From the IMG/VR virus record IMGVR_UViG_3300029305_003884, positions 64,001 to 128,000 of that record: a DNA stretch of 64,000 nt, one strand, 5' to 3'. The notes beneath the pieces were generated by a model, which saw only the letters and a program-made list of their open reading frames with translations, had not been told where the DNA came from and did not search any database. How positions within the stretch are numbered: the stretch's first letter is position 1; each line of letters starts with the position of its first letter. The position numbers and the translations under genes are program-made. Origin of the DNA: a virus (lineage: Duplodnaviria > Caudoviricetes). Below are positions 1 through 7,841 of the stretch, piece by piece.

Positions 1-20
1 TGAAGGAACTTCTGTCCAAC

Positions 21-431
21 ATGGAAACCATCAAGCGGTTCCCTATGATTTGTTACGACAAAGTCGAAAGCAACATAGAAGGAAAGACCGCTGCCGAAAT
101 CATGAACGAGGCAAAGACCATGAACTACGACGGGGAATGGATGGTATTTCGTAGCATGGGTGTGGTGATTGGACTTGCCTGTGCGACCGTGGAAGACAAG
201 ACTACACGCAACCTGTACCTGTATGACTTCGAGGTTGCGACTGATGCACAAGGAAACGGATTCTCAAACACGATGCTGGACTACGTGTACAAGTACGCAC
301 GACAGCACGATTGCCAGTACATAACCCTGATGGCATTCGATGACAACGCTTTTGAATACTGGAAGCATCAGGGATTCAGGGTATCCCCAAAATCAAATAA
401 CAACATCAGACTATTGTTCAAGAAACTCTAA
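21..431 (+). CDS. GNAT-family N-acetyltransferase
   Basis: Acetyl-CoA motif A (VATDAQGNGF), followed by ITL...AFEYWKHQGF; size typical of a GNAT. Confidence 0.8.
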   Translation: METIKRFPMICYDKVESNIEGKTAAEIMNEAKTMNYDGEWMVFRSMGVVIGLACATVEDKTTRNLYLYDFEVATDAQGNGFSNTMLDYVYKYARQHDCQYITLMAFDDNAFEYWKHQGFRVSPKSNNNIRLLFKKL

Positions 432-468
432 AACGAAAGGGACTCCCAGCGTCGACACTGAGAGTCCC
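430..468 (-). terminator. Rho-independent terminator closing the candidate ncRNA
   Basis: On the minus strand: 13-bp stem GGGACUCUCAGUG/CGCUGGGAGUCCC with G-U pairs, UCGA loop, then UUUCGUUUU. Confidence 0.8.
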
Positions 469-686
469 CATGCCATACATCCCATGGTGTTGGGTAACGG
501 GATGGCGGCCAAGTCCTGTGGCGAAATGGCTTGCCTCCGTGCTACGGGTCACGGTCCCCGTCCGGCCATGTTTAACGAGCTGTTCCGAACTCAGCCTTTT
601 CTGAGAATTCCTTACCGTTATAAGGAAAAGCATCAGATTCCTTTGCTCGGCGGCCTTCCAGGTACCAGCCTGAAAAACCTTCCATC
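430..686 (-). ncRNA. Candidate structured non-coding RNA (~255 nt), family unknown
   Basis: Lies between a near-consensus sigma70 promoter (691-719) and a terminator (430-468). Contains several stems with strand-specific G-U pairs and no convincing ORF. Confidence 0.6.
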
Positions 687-690
687 ACAT

Positions 691-719
691 ATTATAGAAA
701 ATTTAAGTGGCTTCGTCAA
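691..719 (-). promoter_or_regulatory. Sigma70-type promoter TTGACG-N17-TATAAT
   Basis: -35 at 714-719, -10 at 691-696, exact 17-nt spacer. Confidence 0.75.
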
Positions 720-994
720 GACTTATGCCGAATTTTTCTGGATGACTGGTCGTTATCGTGAAGTATGCGGTGTGCCCACCATCTCCCGCACGAGGCATCT
801 TCACATCTGTAGTGGCCTCTGGGTCGATTTTCTGGACGAGAGCCGAGGTTATCACCTGTAAATTCCGTTCGGTATTCGCCATCTCCTCATCTCGGCCAAT
901 GGGGGTTCCGACATATTCATCCATCTTGTCATGAATATGCCTGAGCATCATTCGTACATGAATTAGGTTTAGGGCAGACTGTTCTTTTTTTCAT
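703..994 (-). pseudogene. Small hypothetical gene apparently frameshifted in an A7 run (intact ORF part 703..951)
   Basis: ATG at 994 overlaps the upstream stop (TAATG) and follows an AGGAAGG RBS. Removing one A from the run at 985-991 joins it in frame to ORF 703..951. Confidence 0.5.
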
Positions 995-1416
995 TATGTA
1001 CCTTCCTGTTGTCTCTTTTCCTGCCATATAGCCATGGCTTCTAAAATCGTGATTGGCTCCAGCTCCCAACCTCTACTCCTGTTTAATTCCTTGCACGCAT
1101 CCTTTGCATTACTCTCGCACAGCCACTTGTACGCATACCTCGGGTCATCGACAAAATCCCCATATCGCTCGTCATTGTATTCACCGAAGAACTTTCCTTG
1201 TTTGAAATCAACAAGCACAAGGCTACGGTCGCTTATCGAATCGTCAAGTTCGATGGTTGTAGTGGTCGTGCGCTTGGCATAGTATTTCAACGCTACGAAC
1301 GCCGCTATCAGGAATACGATTAGAAGCAGTCCTGGAAGAAACATCATCCAGGTCTGCACTGTGTACATCTCGTATGCGTTATACAGGGGTTCCATCTCGG
1401 CAGCTACGATGTTCAT
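994..1416 (-). CDS. Hypothetical membrane protein
   Basis: One hydrophobic helix (WMMFLPGLLLIVFLIAAFVAL); ATGA overlap with the upstream gene. Confidence 0.65.
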   Translation of the reverse strand: MNIVAAEMEPLYNAYEMYTVQTWMMFLPGLLLIVFLIAAFVALKYYAKRTTTTTIELDDSISDRSLVLVDFKQGKFFGEYNDERYGDFVDDPRYAYKWLCESNAKDACKELNRSRGWELEPITILEAMAIWQEKRQQEGT

Positions 1417-1721
1417 ACCGTCCCCGGTTTAAGCACAGGAAACATTCGTCTTAGGAGAGGCAATTCCACTGGCTGCGGAGTATAATCTTTTTCTTCGTCA
1501 GGCAAATAGTAGTCTCCACGATATAGTTTTTGGTAGAACTCGTAGAGGTATTCTTCGGTCTTTGTAAGAAGCACGGTGACATTCCAGACGAAATGAGTCG
1601 GACCGTCCATGTTGAACTCCCACTCACCCGCTTCATTCAATTCCTTCGTGTATCTTCCATAAGATACAGGGACGGACTTAATCATGTCGATGATTTCACG
1701 CTTGCTAAGATTGACGTTCAT
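1413..1721 (-). CDS. Hypothetical protein
   Basis: AAGGAGA RBS; part of a tightly packed minus-strand operon. Confidence 0.65.
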   Translation of the reverse strand: MNVNLSKREIIDMIKSVPVSYGRYTKELNEAGEWEFNMDGPTHFVWNVTVLLTKTEEYLYEFYQKLYRGDYYLPDEEKDYTPQPVELPLLRRMFPVLKPGTV

Positions 1722-1751
1722 TTTTTTCTCCTTTGAAATTTGTATACTCGA

Positions 1752-1994
1752 TTAGAAAAAGATGTATTTGAGGCAGGCTGTCATTGCGATTCCGAGCATC
1801 AGCATCACCGGAACCATGAAGAGGATTAGCCAAACGATGACACGCACATTGAACGTGTTCGCCTCGATGTTGTATAGCTTGAAGTCAGCCATGAGGCGAA
1901 GAATCTGGTTAGCTATGAAGATTCCTGTTTTCTCGAAAATGTTCTGGTATTCGGAAATGTTGTTCCTTTTGTATTTTGCGATAATCATGGTCAT
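1752..1994 (-). CDS. Hypothetical small membrane protein
   Basis: C-terminal hydrophobic helix; ATGA overlap. Confidence 0.55.
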   Translation of the reverse strand: MTMIIAKYKRNNISEYQNIFEKTGIFIANQILRLMADFKLYNIEANTFNVRVIVWLILFMVPVMLMLGIAMTACLKYIFF

Positions 1995-2440
1995 CCCTCG
2001 AATGCGACATATATAAGGTTGAAATCTTCTACGACTTTCCTTCCATCCCGTTCGACAACGTTTCCCGTGGCGATAGGGAAGATTTTGAGGTTCTTTACGC
2101 CGTAGCTTTCACAAATGTTCATCAACTTCTTGCCATGCTTATTGGACTCACACTTGAAGGTCATAACGAGCTTGCCGTCGACGTTTTTCGCATCGATGCA
2201 GTGACCCATGACCTGTTCTTCCCACACTGCTGCAAGGGAAACCTTCTTCATTTCCCTTTCAATCGGGTTGAACTCCTGGATGATGAACCGTTCACCTTCC
2301 TTGACCTTCTTGATTATTGCCTCGACCGTATCCAAGGTGTACCAATGGACATCCTTCTTCGGGCTGTTGCCGTCAATGGTAGGTTTGGTCGTGTCGATAA
2401 CTTCCGCATCGAACTGGTAGTCAACTTTAATCCTTGGCAT
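1991..2440 (-). CDS. Hypothetical protein
   Basis: Protein-like composition; overlaps neighbours in the operon. Confidence 0.65.
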   Translation of the reverse strand: MPRIKVDYQFDAEVIDTTKPTIDGNSPKKDVHWYTLDTVEAIIKKVKEGERFIIQEFNPIEREMKKVSLAAVWEEQVMGHCIDAKNVDGKLVMTFKCESNKHGKKLMNICESYGVKNLKIFPIATGNVVERDGRKVVEDFNLIYVAFEG

Positions 2441-2729
2441 TCTTCACTTCCTTGACAAAATCGGGTCCACACAAAGCTTCAAGACTTCTTTCCATTATAG
2501 TCATGCGGCGTTGCCAGTAGTCACTCACGTTACGCAGGAACAACCGTACCTGCGGGCCGCATTCCTTCTTGCTGATAACGTCGATAACGTCACCATAAAA
2601 CTGGCGGCAAAGCTTGAACTCGTTATGCAAACGGGCCTTGTCGCCTACAAGGTTTTCGTACACTTTTCTCTGCTCGTCCGTAAAGGACTTGATAATCTTT
2701 TCTCTAAGTTCGGGTTTAATTTCAGACAT
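2427..2729 (-). CDS. Hypothetical protein (start MSEIK at 2729)
   Basis: GAGG RBS before ATG 2729, directly after the stop of the GT gene. Confidence 0.6.
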   Translation of the reverse strand: MSEIKPELREKIIKSFTDEQRKVYENLVGDKARLHNEFKLCRQFYGDVIDVISKKECGPQVRLFLRNVSDYWQRRMTIMERSLEALCGPDFVKEVKNAKD

Positions 2730-2730
2730 T

Positions 2731-3573
2731 TTACACCTCGTAGTTATCCAGGAGATACCTGTGTGCGGCAACCGCATTCCTTAACGGTTCGATGAATGTG
2801 GCGTGGCCGTATTGAGCCTTCGGCCTGCCATGATGGATATGGGTGATTCCCGTTCTAGGTACACCAAGACCAGCAAGGACAATTTCCTTGTCGTAGAAGC
2901 ACTCAATACCAAGGAATCCGTCCTCACCACCCCAGCGTCCGCTGAATATGGGAGAGAACACACAGTTGTAGCCGTAAAGCGTGCTGTTGATTTTGATTAG
3001 ACGTTCGATTGCCGCCTTGTTCATTCCGATATTGCACGACCAGAGAACAGCGGAGTCGAGAACTGGAGCTTCCTCGTCAATGACCGTGAACGGGTCACGG
3101 AAGATGTTCCTATACTTGTTGTGCTCCCTCTGGTCAGTGTAACCAAAGCTAAAATCGTCACGCTTGCCGCAAAGGACAATAGGTCTCTCGTCGGTCAGGT
3201 ACTCGTCATACCCCTTGATGATGTCGCCTTCTGGGAGACAGTCGCCATCAATGAATACAAGCTTGTCGCAGCCATCGGCCAACGCTTCCTTGATGCAGAT
3301 GTTGCGGCAATAGCCAGCAAGGAAATAATCTACATTCGGGGTCATCATAGGACGATATACGGTCTCTGGAACCTTGTCGTTGAACATCAGCTTGGAGAAG
3401 GACTTGCACTCATGTTTTGCTATTATGGCAGTAGCGTCTTCCTTGGTCTTCTGACTTTCACGGTCGAGCATGTAGTACAGACGGTCGGGTTTGACACTCA
3501 TGCCGTCAACCTTGCTCAACATCTGGTCCATGTACGGAACCTGGTTCTTGCTTATGATTATTAGACCTATCAT
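2731..3573 (-). CDS. Glycosyltransferase family 2 (GT-A fold)
   Basis: RN...LVFIDGD (DxD), WSCN and WGGED motifs, HIHH. Confidence 0.8.
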   Translation of the reverse strand: MIGLIIISKNQVPYMDQMLSKVDGMSVKPDRLYYMLDRESQKTKEDATAIIAKHECKSFSKLMFNDKVPETVYRPMMTPNVDYFLAGYCRNICIKEALADGCDKLVFIDGDCLPEGDIIKGYDEYLTDERPIVLCGKRDDFSFGYTDQREHNKYRNIFRDPFTVIDEEAPVLDSAVLWSCNIGMNKAAIERLIKINSTLYGYNCVFSPIFSGRWGGEDGFLGIECFYDKEIVLAGLGVPRTGITHIHHGRPKAQYGHATFIEPLRNAVAAHRYLLDNYEV

Positions 3574-4478
3574 ACGACTATTCCGATTATTCCGAGTACC
3601 ATTGCTACGACCGCCAATGCGATGAAGACATATTCTATTGGGAACTTCTTCTCTTCGCTCAAAGTTTCAATCGACCTAACCCTTTCCTGCAAGGATATCT
3701 GGGCACTGATTATCTGCTGGTCCTGCTTTATTAGCATGTTCAGCTTGTCTGTTATGGATTTCTGATTGTTTGCATAAATACCGACAATATCGTACAGACC
3801 ATCGACGTTGTTCGCCAAGTCGTAGACAGCCTTGTTGACCTCCTGCTCCTCAAGGTCATCCATTCCGTAATCGCCGTTGGAAAACACCGATGCGAGCATG
3901 TTGTCCACCTCGGCTTCCTCCTTCGCTGTCAGCGTGGTGACAGGTTTCTTTACGGCGGGAGTCTTCATATCTTCTAGCGGGGTAATCGGCAACTGGCTGT
4001 TCGGGATGGCGGAAAAGTGCTTAACGATATAGCCATCCTTCTGTTCAAGCTTGGTAAGGGAGAAACTCTTCGGGCCGACCGATATAAACTTGATTCCCTC
4101 ATGCTGTCCTGGAACGACATAGAGTATCATGTTCGTCACGACACCCTCGCTCAGGAAGGACATGGCCGTCTGGTTGCCCCCAAGGATGTAGACAGGCTTG
4201 TCGATACGCTTCGCCAACGTAAGGGCGGTGAACACATTGGTCGTATACGACGTGTGTTTCAACCGTGTGGTCAGGCTCTTCGAAAACAGAATCCGTGAGG
4301 CCACCCTGGTCTTCCTGAAACACTTCAATTCATTGTACGCATTGCGACCCATGATAATCGTGTTTCCCTTGATTAGTTTTTCCATGTCCTTGTGGATGCC
4401 TTCACAATCCCAAGGAATCGAGGTACCGTTCCCTATCGTGTTGTTCGCATCAATCGTCAAAAGAAGTGTAATATCCAT
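3570..4478 (-). CDS. Dihydrofolate reductase-like domain fused to a coiled coil and C-terminal transmembrane anchor
   Basis: IGNG..IPW, IIMGR and VYILGG DHFR motifs in the first ~160 aa; hydrophobic C-terminus. Confidence 0.7.
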   Translation of the reverse strand: MDITLLLTIDANNTIGNGTSIPWDCEGIHKDMEKLIKGNTIIMGRNAYNELKCFRKTRVASRILFSKSLTTRLKHTSYTTNVFTALTLAKRIDKPVYILGGNQTAMSFLSEGVVTNMILYVVPGQHEGIKFISVGPKSFSLTKLEQKDGYIVKHFSAIPNSQLPITPLEDMKTPAVKKPVTTLTAKEEAEVDNMLASVFSNGDYGMDDLEEQEVNKAVYDLANNVDGLYDIVGIYANNQKSITDKLNMLIKQDQQIISAQISLQERVRSIETLSEEKKFPIEYVFIALAVVAMVLGIIGIVV

Positions 4479-4521
4479 AACACATAGTCGTATAATCCAG
4501 TTATTAAACTACATTTTTCGA

Positions 4522-5910
4522 CTAATTGTAGATATGGAGGTTCTTTGCCGCACGGGTAAATGCGGTATATTTCAACTTATTCCTCTGGATGACATCCCAG
4601 TCACAGATGTTGATGTCCTTTTCGACAACGTAAACATTGTCGATTGTGGAGCCCTGGGCCTTGTGGATAGTCATTGCATAGCTGTAATTGACGTAGCAGA
4701 ACGAGTCGATGAAGTCATAGAACTCCTGCCAGACCTCATGTCTGTTATGGACAGGTATGCCAGTCATGGGGTTCACTTCGGCACACAGGGTCTTGGCCTT
4801 TCCGATAAGCTGTCTTTTAACAGCCATGTACGTGCTATATCCTTCGGAAGAAAGAACCTTGATGTGGCGGAGTTCCCTCTTGTTGGATGCTGCCATGTAG
4901 TTATCGACAAGCAGACTCCAGACAACAATACCAGTACCATCTTCGACATACTTGGTCGCTTCCTTCACCAGCAGTCGTTCACCATTGGCGTAAACCTGCA
5001 GTTTCTTCTCGCCAGCAAGAGCAACGCTGTAACCTTCTGTCACAATAAGGTCGTCACCTGCGGTGTATTCCTGAACATCATTACCGAAGATGTGGCGTCT
5101 GATAAAGCTGTTTGACTTGTCCACGGCATTGTTCGTGTAGGCAAGGAGACGGCAGAAGTTCTTGTTCTCCTTGTACTCGTCGGACATGAAGTCGGCAAAC
5201 AGGTTATCAAAGAACGGTTTCTTCATTGTGTAGAAACGGACGCCTTCTCCCCTATCGTTCACACGGTCTACATGGTCGAAGCAGTCCTCCACACGGAGCA
5301 TATTCCTGGGGTCACGGATTGGCGTGACAAGCCCGATGATTGGGTTGTCGGCAGAAACACGCATGACCTGGGTCAAACGGAAAAGGTTCGGGACTCGGGT
5401 AAATACAACCGATGCCTGGAAATTGACAGGCGGCAGCTGTGCCTCGTCTCCGACATAAAGGATTTTCATTTTAGGAAATTCACGCAGGACGCTCTGAATC
5501 ATTTCATAACATTCATCGTTAACCATCGACGCTTCGTCAATGACGATGAGACGGTACTTGCCAGCGTGGCACTTACCGTCACGAACAAGAACCTTGCCAT
5601 GGTCCTCATTCTGTTCCAGTTTGAGCCCAAGCAATCCGCTGATAGTCTTGTCATAGTTCTTACCGCTTCTCTGCGAAAGAACACGCACCGCTTCATTGGT
5701 GTAGGCGGTGCAGTATACCTTGATTTTCTTAAATTCTCGACTCAGTTCCTTCAAGAACACATTGAGGAGGGAGGTCTTTCCAGTGCCAGCGGCCCCGGCC
5801 AAGACCATCTCCCGCTGGGAGTCGTCATGCATAAAAGCAAGCATTTCAGCCAACCCCTTGCGCTGGTCGGGGCTGAGCTGTTTCTTTGTAATTAGATTTG
5901 AGTGACTCAT
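4522..5910 (-). CDS. dda: Dda-like SF1B DNA helicase
   Basis: Walker A GAAGTGKT, DEASM, GDEAQLPPV, YAMTIHKAQGST, YTAFTRA. Confidence 0.9.
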   Translation of the reverse strand: MSHSNLITKKQLSPDQRKGLAEMLAFMHDDSQREMVLAGAAGTGKTSLLNVFLKELSREFKKIKVYCTAYTNEAVRVLSQRSGKNYDKTISGLLGLKLEQNEDHGKVLVRDGKCHAGKYRLIVIDEASMVNDECYEMIQSVLREFPKMKILYVGDEAQLPPVNFQASVVFTRVPNLFRLTQVMRVSADNPIIGLVTPIRDPRNMLRVEDCFDHVDRVNDRGEGVRFYTMKKPFFDNLFADFMSDEYKENKNFCRLLAYTNNAVDKSNSFIRRHIFGNDVQEYTAGDDLIVTEGYSVALAGEKKLQVYANGERLLVKEATKYVEDGTGIVVWSLLVDNYMAASNKRELRHIKVLSSEGYSTYMAVKRQLIGKAKTLCAEVNPMTGIPVHNRHEVWQEFYDFIDSFCYVNYSYAMTIHKAQGSTIDNVYVVEKDINICDWDVIQRNKLKYTAFTRAAKNLHIYN

Positions 5911-5917
5911 ACCGATA

Positions 5918-5946
5918 AATATAGCTATTCAATCGAGAATTGTCAA
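5918..5946 (-). promoter_or_regulatory. Sigma70-type promoter TTGACA-N17-TATATT (dda)
   Basis: -35 at 5941-5946, -10 at 5918-5923. Confidence 0.7.
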
Positions 5947-5957
5947 CTCAAATCTTT

Positions 5958-7046
5958 CTAATAGACGGTCGTCATGAACTGGGTCGCATCTATGGCTTGC
6001 TGAACGCTGTCGTACACCCTTGCATCCGTATTCATCGTCTGGTGGTTGTACTTGACCTGACGCCAGATAGCCTCGATTCGTTCCTCACGTTCCTTGGCGT
6101 TGTACGCCTTCATGTTGATGCCAATCCTCGTTCTAGGGGGAGGCGGCAACTCACGGAGCTTGACAAGGCACTTCAATGCGTGTTCGAGCTTGTTCACCTT
6201 GACGTTGTACACATAGCGGTAATAGAAACTCTCCGCACGGTGCGGGATGTTTTCAATCATCTCCATAGTCAGAGCGTCGGCGAACTCGAACTGGCCGTTC
6301 TTCAGAGCGTCGGCCACCACATAGTCTGCTGCAGCAATAGTCTCGTCAAACTCCCAGTACGGGAACTCGTTAAGACAGATTTCGTACCAGAGTCGGGCCA
6401 TTTCTGGGTTCTTGGTGTCCTTATAGCTCGTCGCAATGTAGTATGCGGTACGGAGGGAATGACCCTTCTTCCAGAGTTTAATCAGAGCCTTCAAGTTTCG
6501 GGCAACGTCACGCTGCTTCTTGAAATTGAGGAACTCGTTCTTGAAGGTAATCACCTTTCTCGGCTCGGCGGTGTCAATCACATACTCGTGAATCGGGTTG
6601 ATAAACCTCGATGTCGCCTTTCGGACAATCCTGACTCTCGGGAACTTCAATGTCTTCGTAATCCTTGTGTACATGACGATGTCCGAGGTCGAGTACATGT
6701 TGCTCGCCTTGTCGAACTTCTCCCTGACCTCACGGGCATTGTCGAGCATGTCGTTCACGTCGACCCACATCACATATTCCTTGGTAGCGAGCGAGAAACC
6801 GTAGTTCTTCGCCTTTCCGAAGTCAAAGTTGTCTTCATCGTCAAGGAACAGCGTACCAACCGCATCAATGATTACGGGCTGGCGAACCATGCTCTGGAAC
6901 TTCCTGACCTCAGCAAGCGTATTGTCGGTAGAACCAGTATCGACGACGACAAACTCGTCGGCCAGTCCTACAAGCCGTCTAAGGCATTCCTGAATCCTCT
7001 TTTCCCCGTTTCTAACTACCAGAACCGCTGACAGTTCATGTCTCAT
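5958..7046 (-). CDS. Glycosyltransferase family 2 with C-terminal TPR-like repeats
   Basis: VVVDTGSTD, DFGKAKNYG, IHE motifs followed by a helical TPR-like region. Confidence 0.8.
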   Translation of the reverse strand: MRHELSAVLVVRNGEKRIQECLRRLVGLADEFVVVDTGSTDNTLAEVRKFQSMVRQPVIIDAVGTLFLDDEDNFDFGKAKNYGFSLATKEYVMWVDVNDMLDNAREVREKFDKASNMYSTSDIVMYTRITKTLKFPRVRIVRKATSRFINPIHEYVIDTAEPRKVITFKNEFLNFKKQRDVARNLKALIKLWKKGHSLRTAYYIATSYKDTKNPEMARLWYEICLNEFPYWEFDETIAAADYVVADALKNGQFEFADALTMEMIENIPHRAESFYYRYVYNVKVNKLEHALKCLVKLRELPPPPRTRIGINMKAYNAKEREERIEAIWRQVKYNHQTMNTDARVYDSVQQAIDATQFMTTVY

Positions 7047-7049
7047 ATT

Positions 7050-7715
7050 TTACCCTTCCGTGTAATCGTCGTCATTAAGCTGCTTGGCCAATTCATCGAC
7101 CTGCATGGAGGAGAAATTCGAATCATCGGGAGTGATACCCATTTCGGCATTTTCCTTTTCCAGCTTTTCCTCCTCGTCAATCTTCTTGTTTGCGTCGATA
7201 GCAAATTCGTCGATGGAAGAGTAGTTGTTCATCGTTCCCTCGTTCAACTGCACGAACTTGATTTTCTTGCTTCGGGCGGCAAGCTTGTTGTGGGCCTGAA
7301 TGAAGGCACAGAACGTGATTTTGGCCAAGTAGTAATACGGGTCGACGTTCTTGGTCACCTGCATCTTGACAGGGTCGAAGTTGTGGCTGTGCTTGATAAG
7401 GAGTTCAATGGCCCTGTCACGCATTTCCTGCTTCCAGTCAGGGGTATATCCTCGCCATTTCTGGTTACCAAGGTTCTTGTCGATAACCACGTTGAACACA
7501 TACCCGAGCGGTTCGGATACTGGGTATTCCTTGCCATACTTCTTGCGGCAGTCTTTAAGCTCGACAAGCAACTTCGTCAGGATATCCTTGTCAATCTTTC
7601 CGCTTCTCATCTGGGCATCAAACGCTTTCAACTGCTCTGGAGTCCAGGAATAGCCGCTCTCTGGGATTTCAAAGTCAAGAGTTACTTCCTCATTTGTCGG
7701 TTCTACTTTTTCCAT
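7050..7715 (-). CDS. gp55: T4 gp55-like late-transcription sigma factor
   Basis: RGYT..WK.EM...AIE......NFD....P..Y...I...AF pattern of gp55; acidic tail. Confidence 0.8.
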   Translation of the reverse strand: MEKVEPTNEEVTLDFEIPESGYSWTPEQLKAFDAQMRSGKIDKDILTKLLVELKDCRKKYGKEYPVSEPLGYVFNVVIDKNLGNQKWRGYTPDWKQEMRDRAIELLIKHSHNFDPVKMQVTKNVDPYYYLAKITFCAFIQAHNKLAARSKKIKFVQLNEGTMNNYSSIDEFAIDANKKIDEEEKLEKENAEMGITPDDSNFSSMQVDELAKQLNDDDYTEG

Positions 7716-7841
7716 ATTCTACTCATGGATTGAATCTCATAAGTAAAATACATTTTAATTAAACTGCCATAGATACAGAAACCCATCCCACCCAAAATGA
7801 ATCTACTTTATAAACCATGGATATACCACTTGGGTACGACC

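Noticed and set aside
418-633. 71-aa minus-strand ORF with an AAGGA upstream
   Set aside because: Runs through the terminator hairpin, has non-protein-like composition and overlaps dense RNA structure; the ncRNA reading is preferred, though not proven.
485-686. Assignment of the ncRNA as RNase P RNA or a pistol/hammerhead ribozyme
   Set aside because: Only partial resemblance; GAGGAAAGUCC with bulged U, S-domain motifs, CUGANGA/GAAA and the pistol pseudoknot are not present.
4083-4091. TATAAACTT inside the DHFR-like gene
   Set aside because: Intragenic and antisense with no downstream gene; likely chance.
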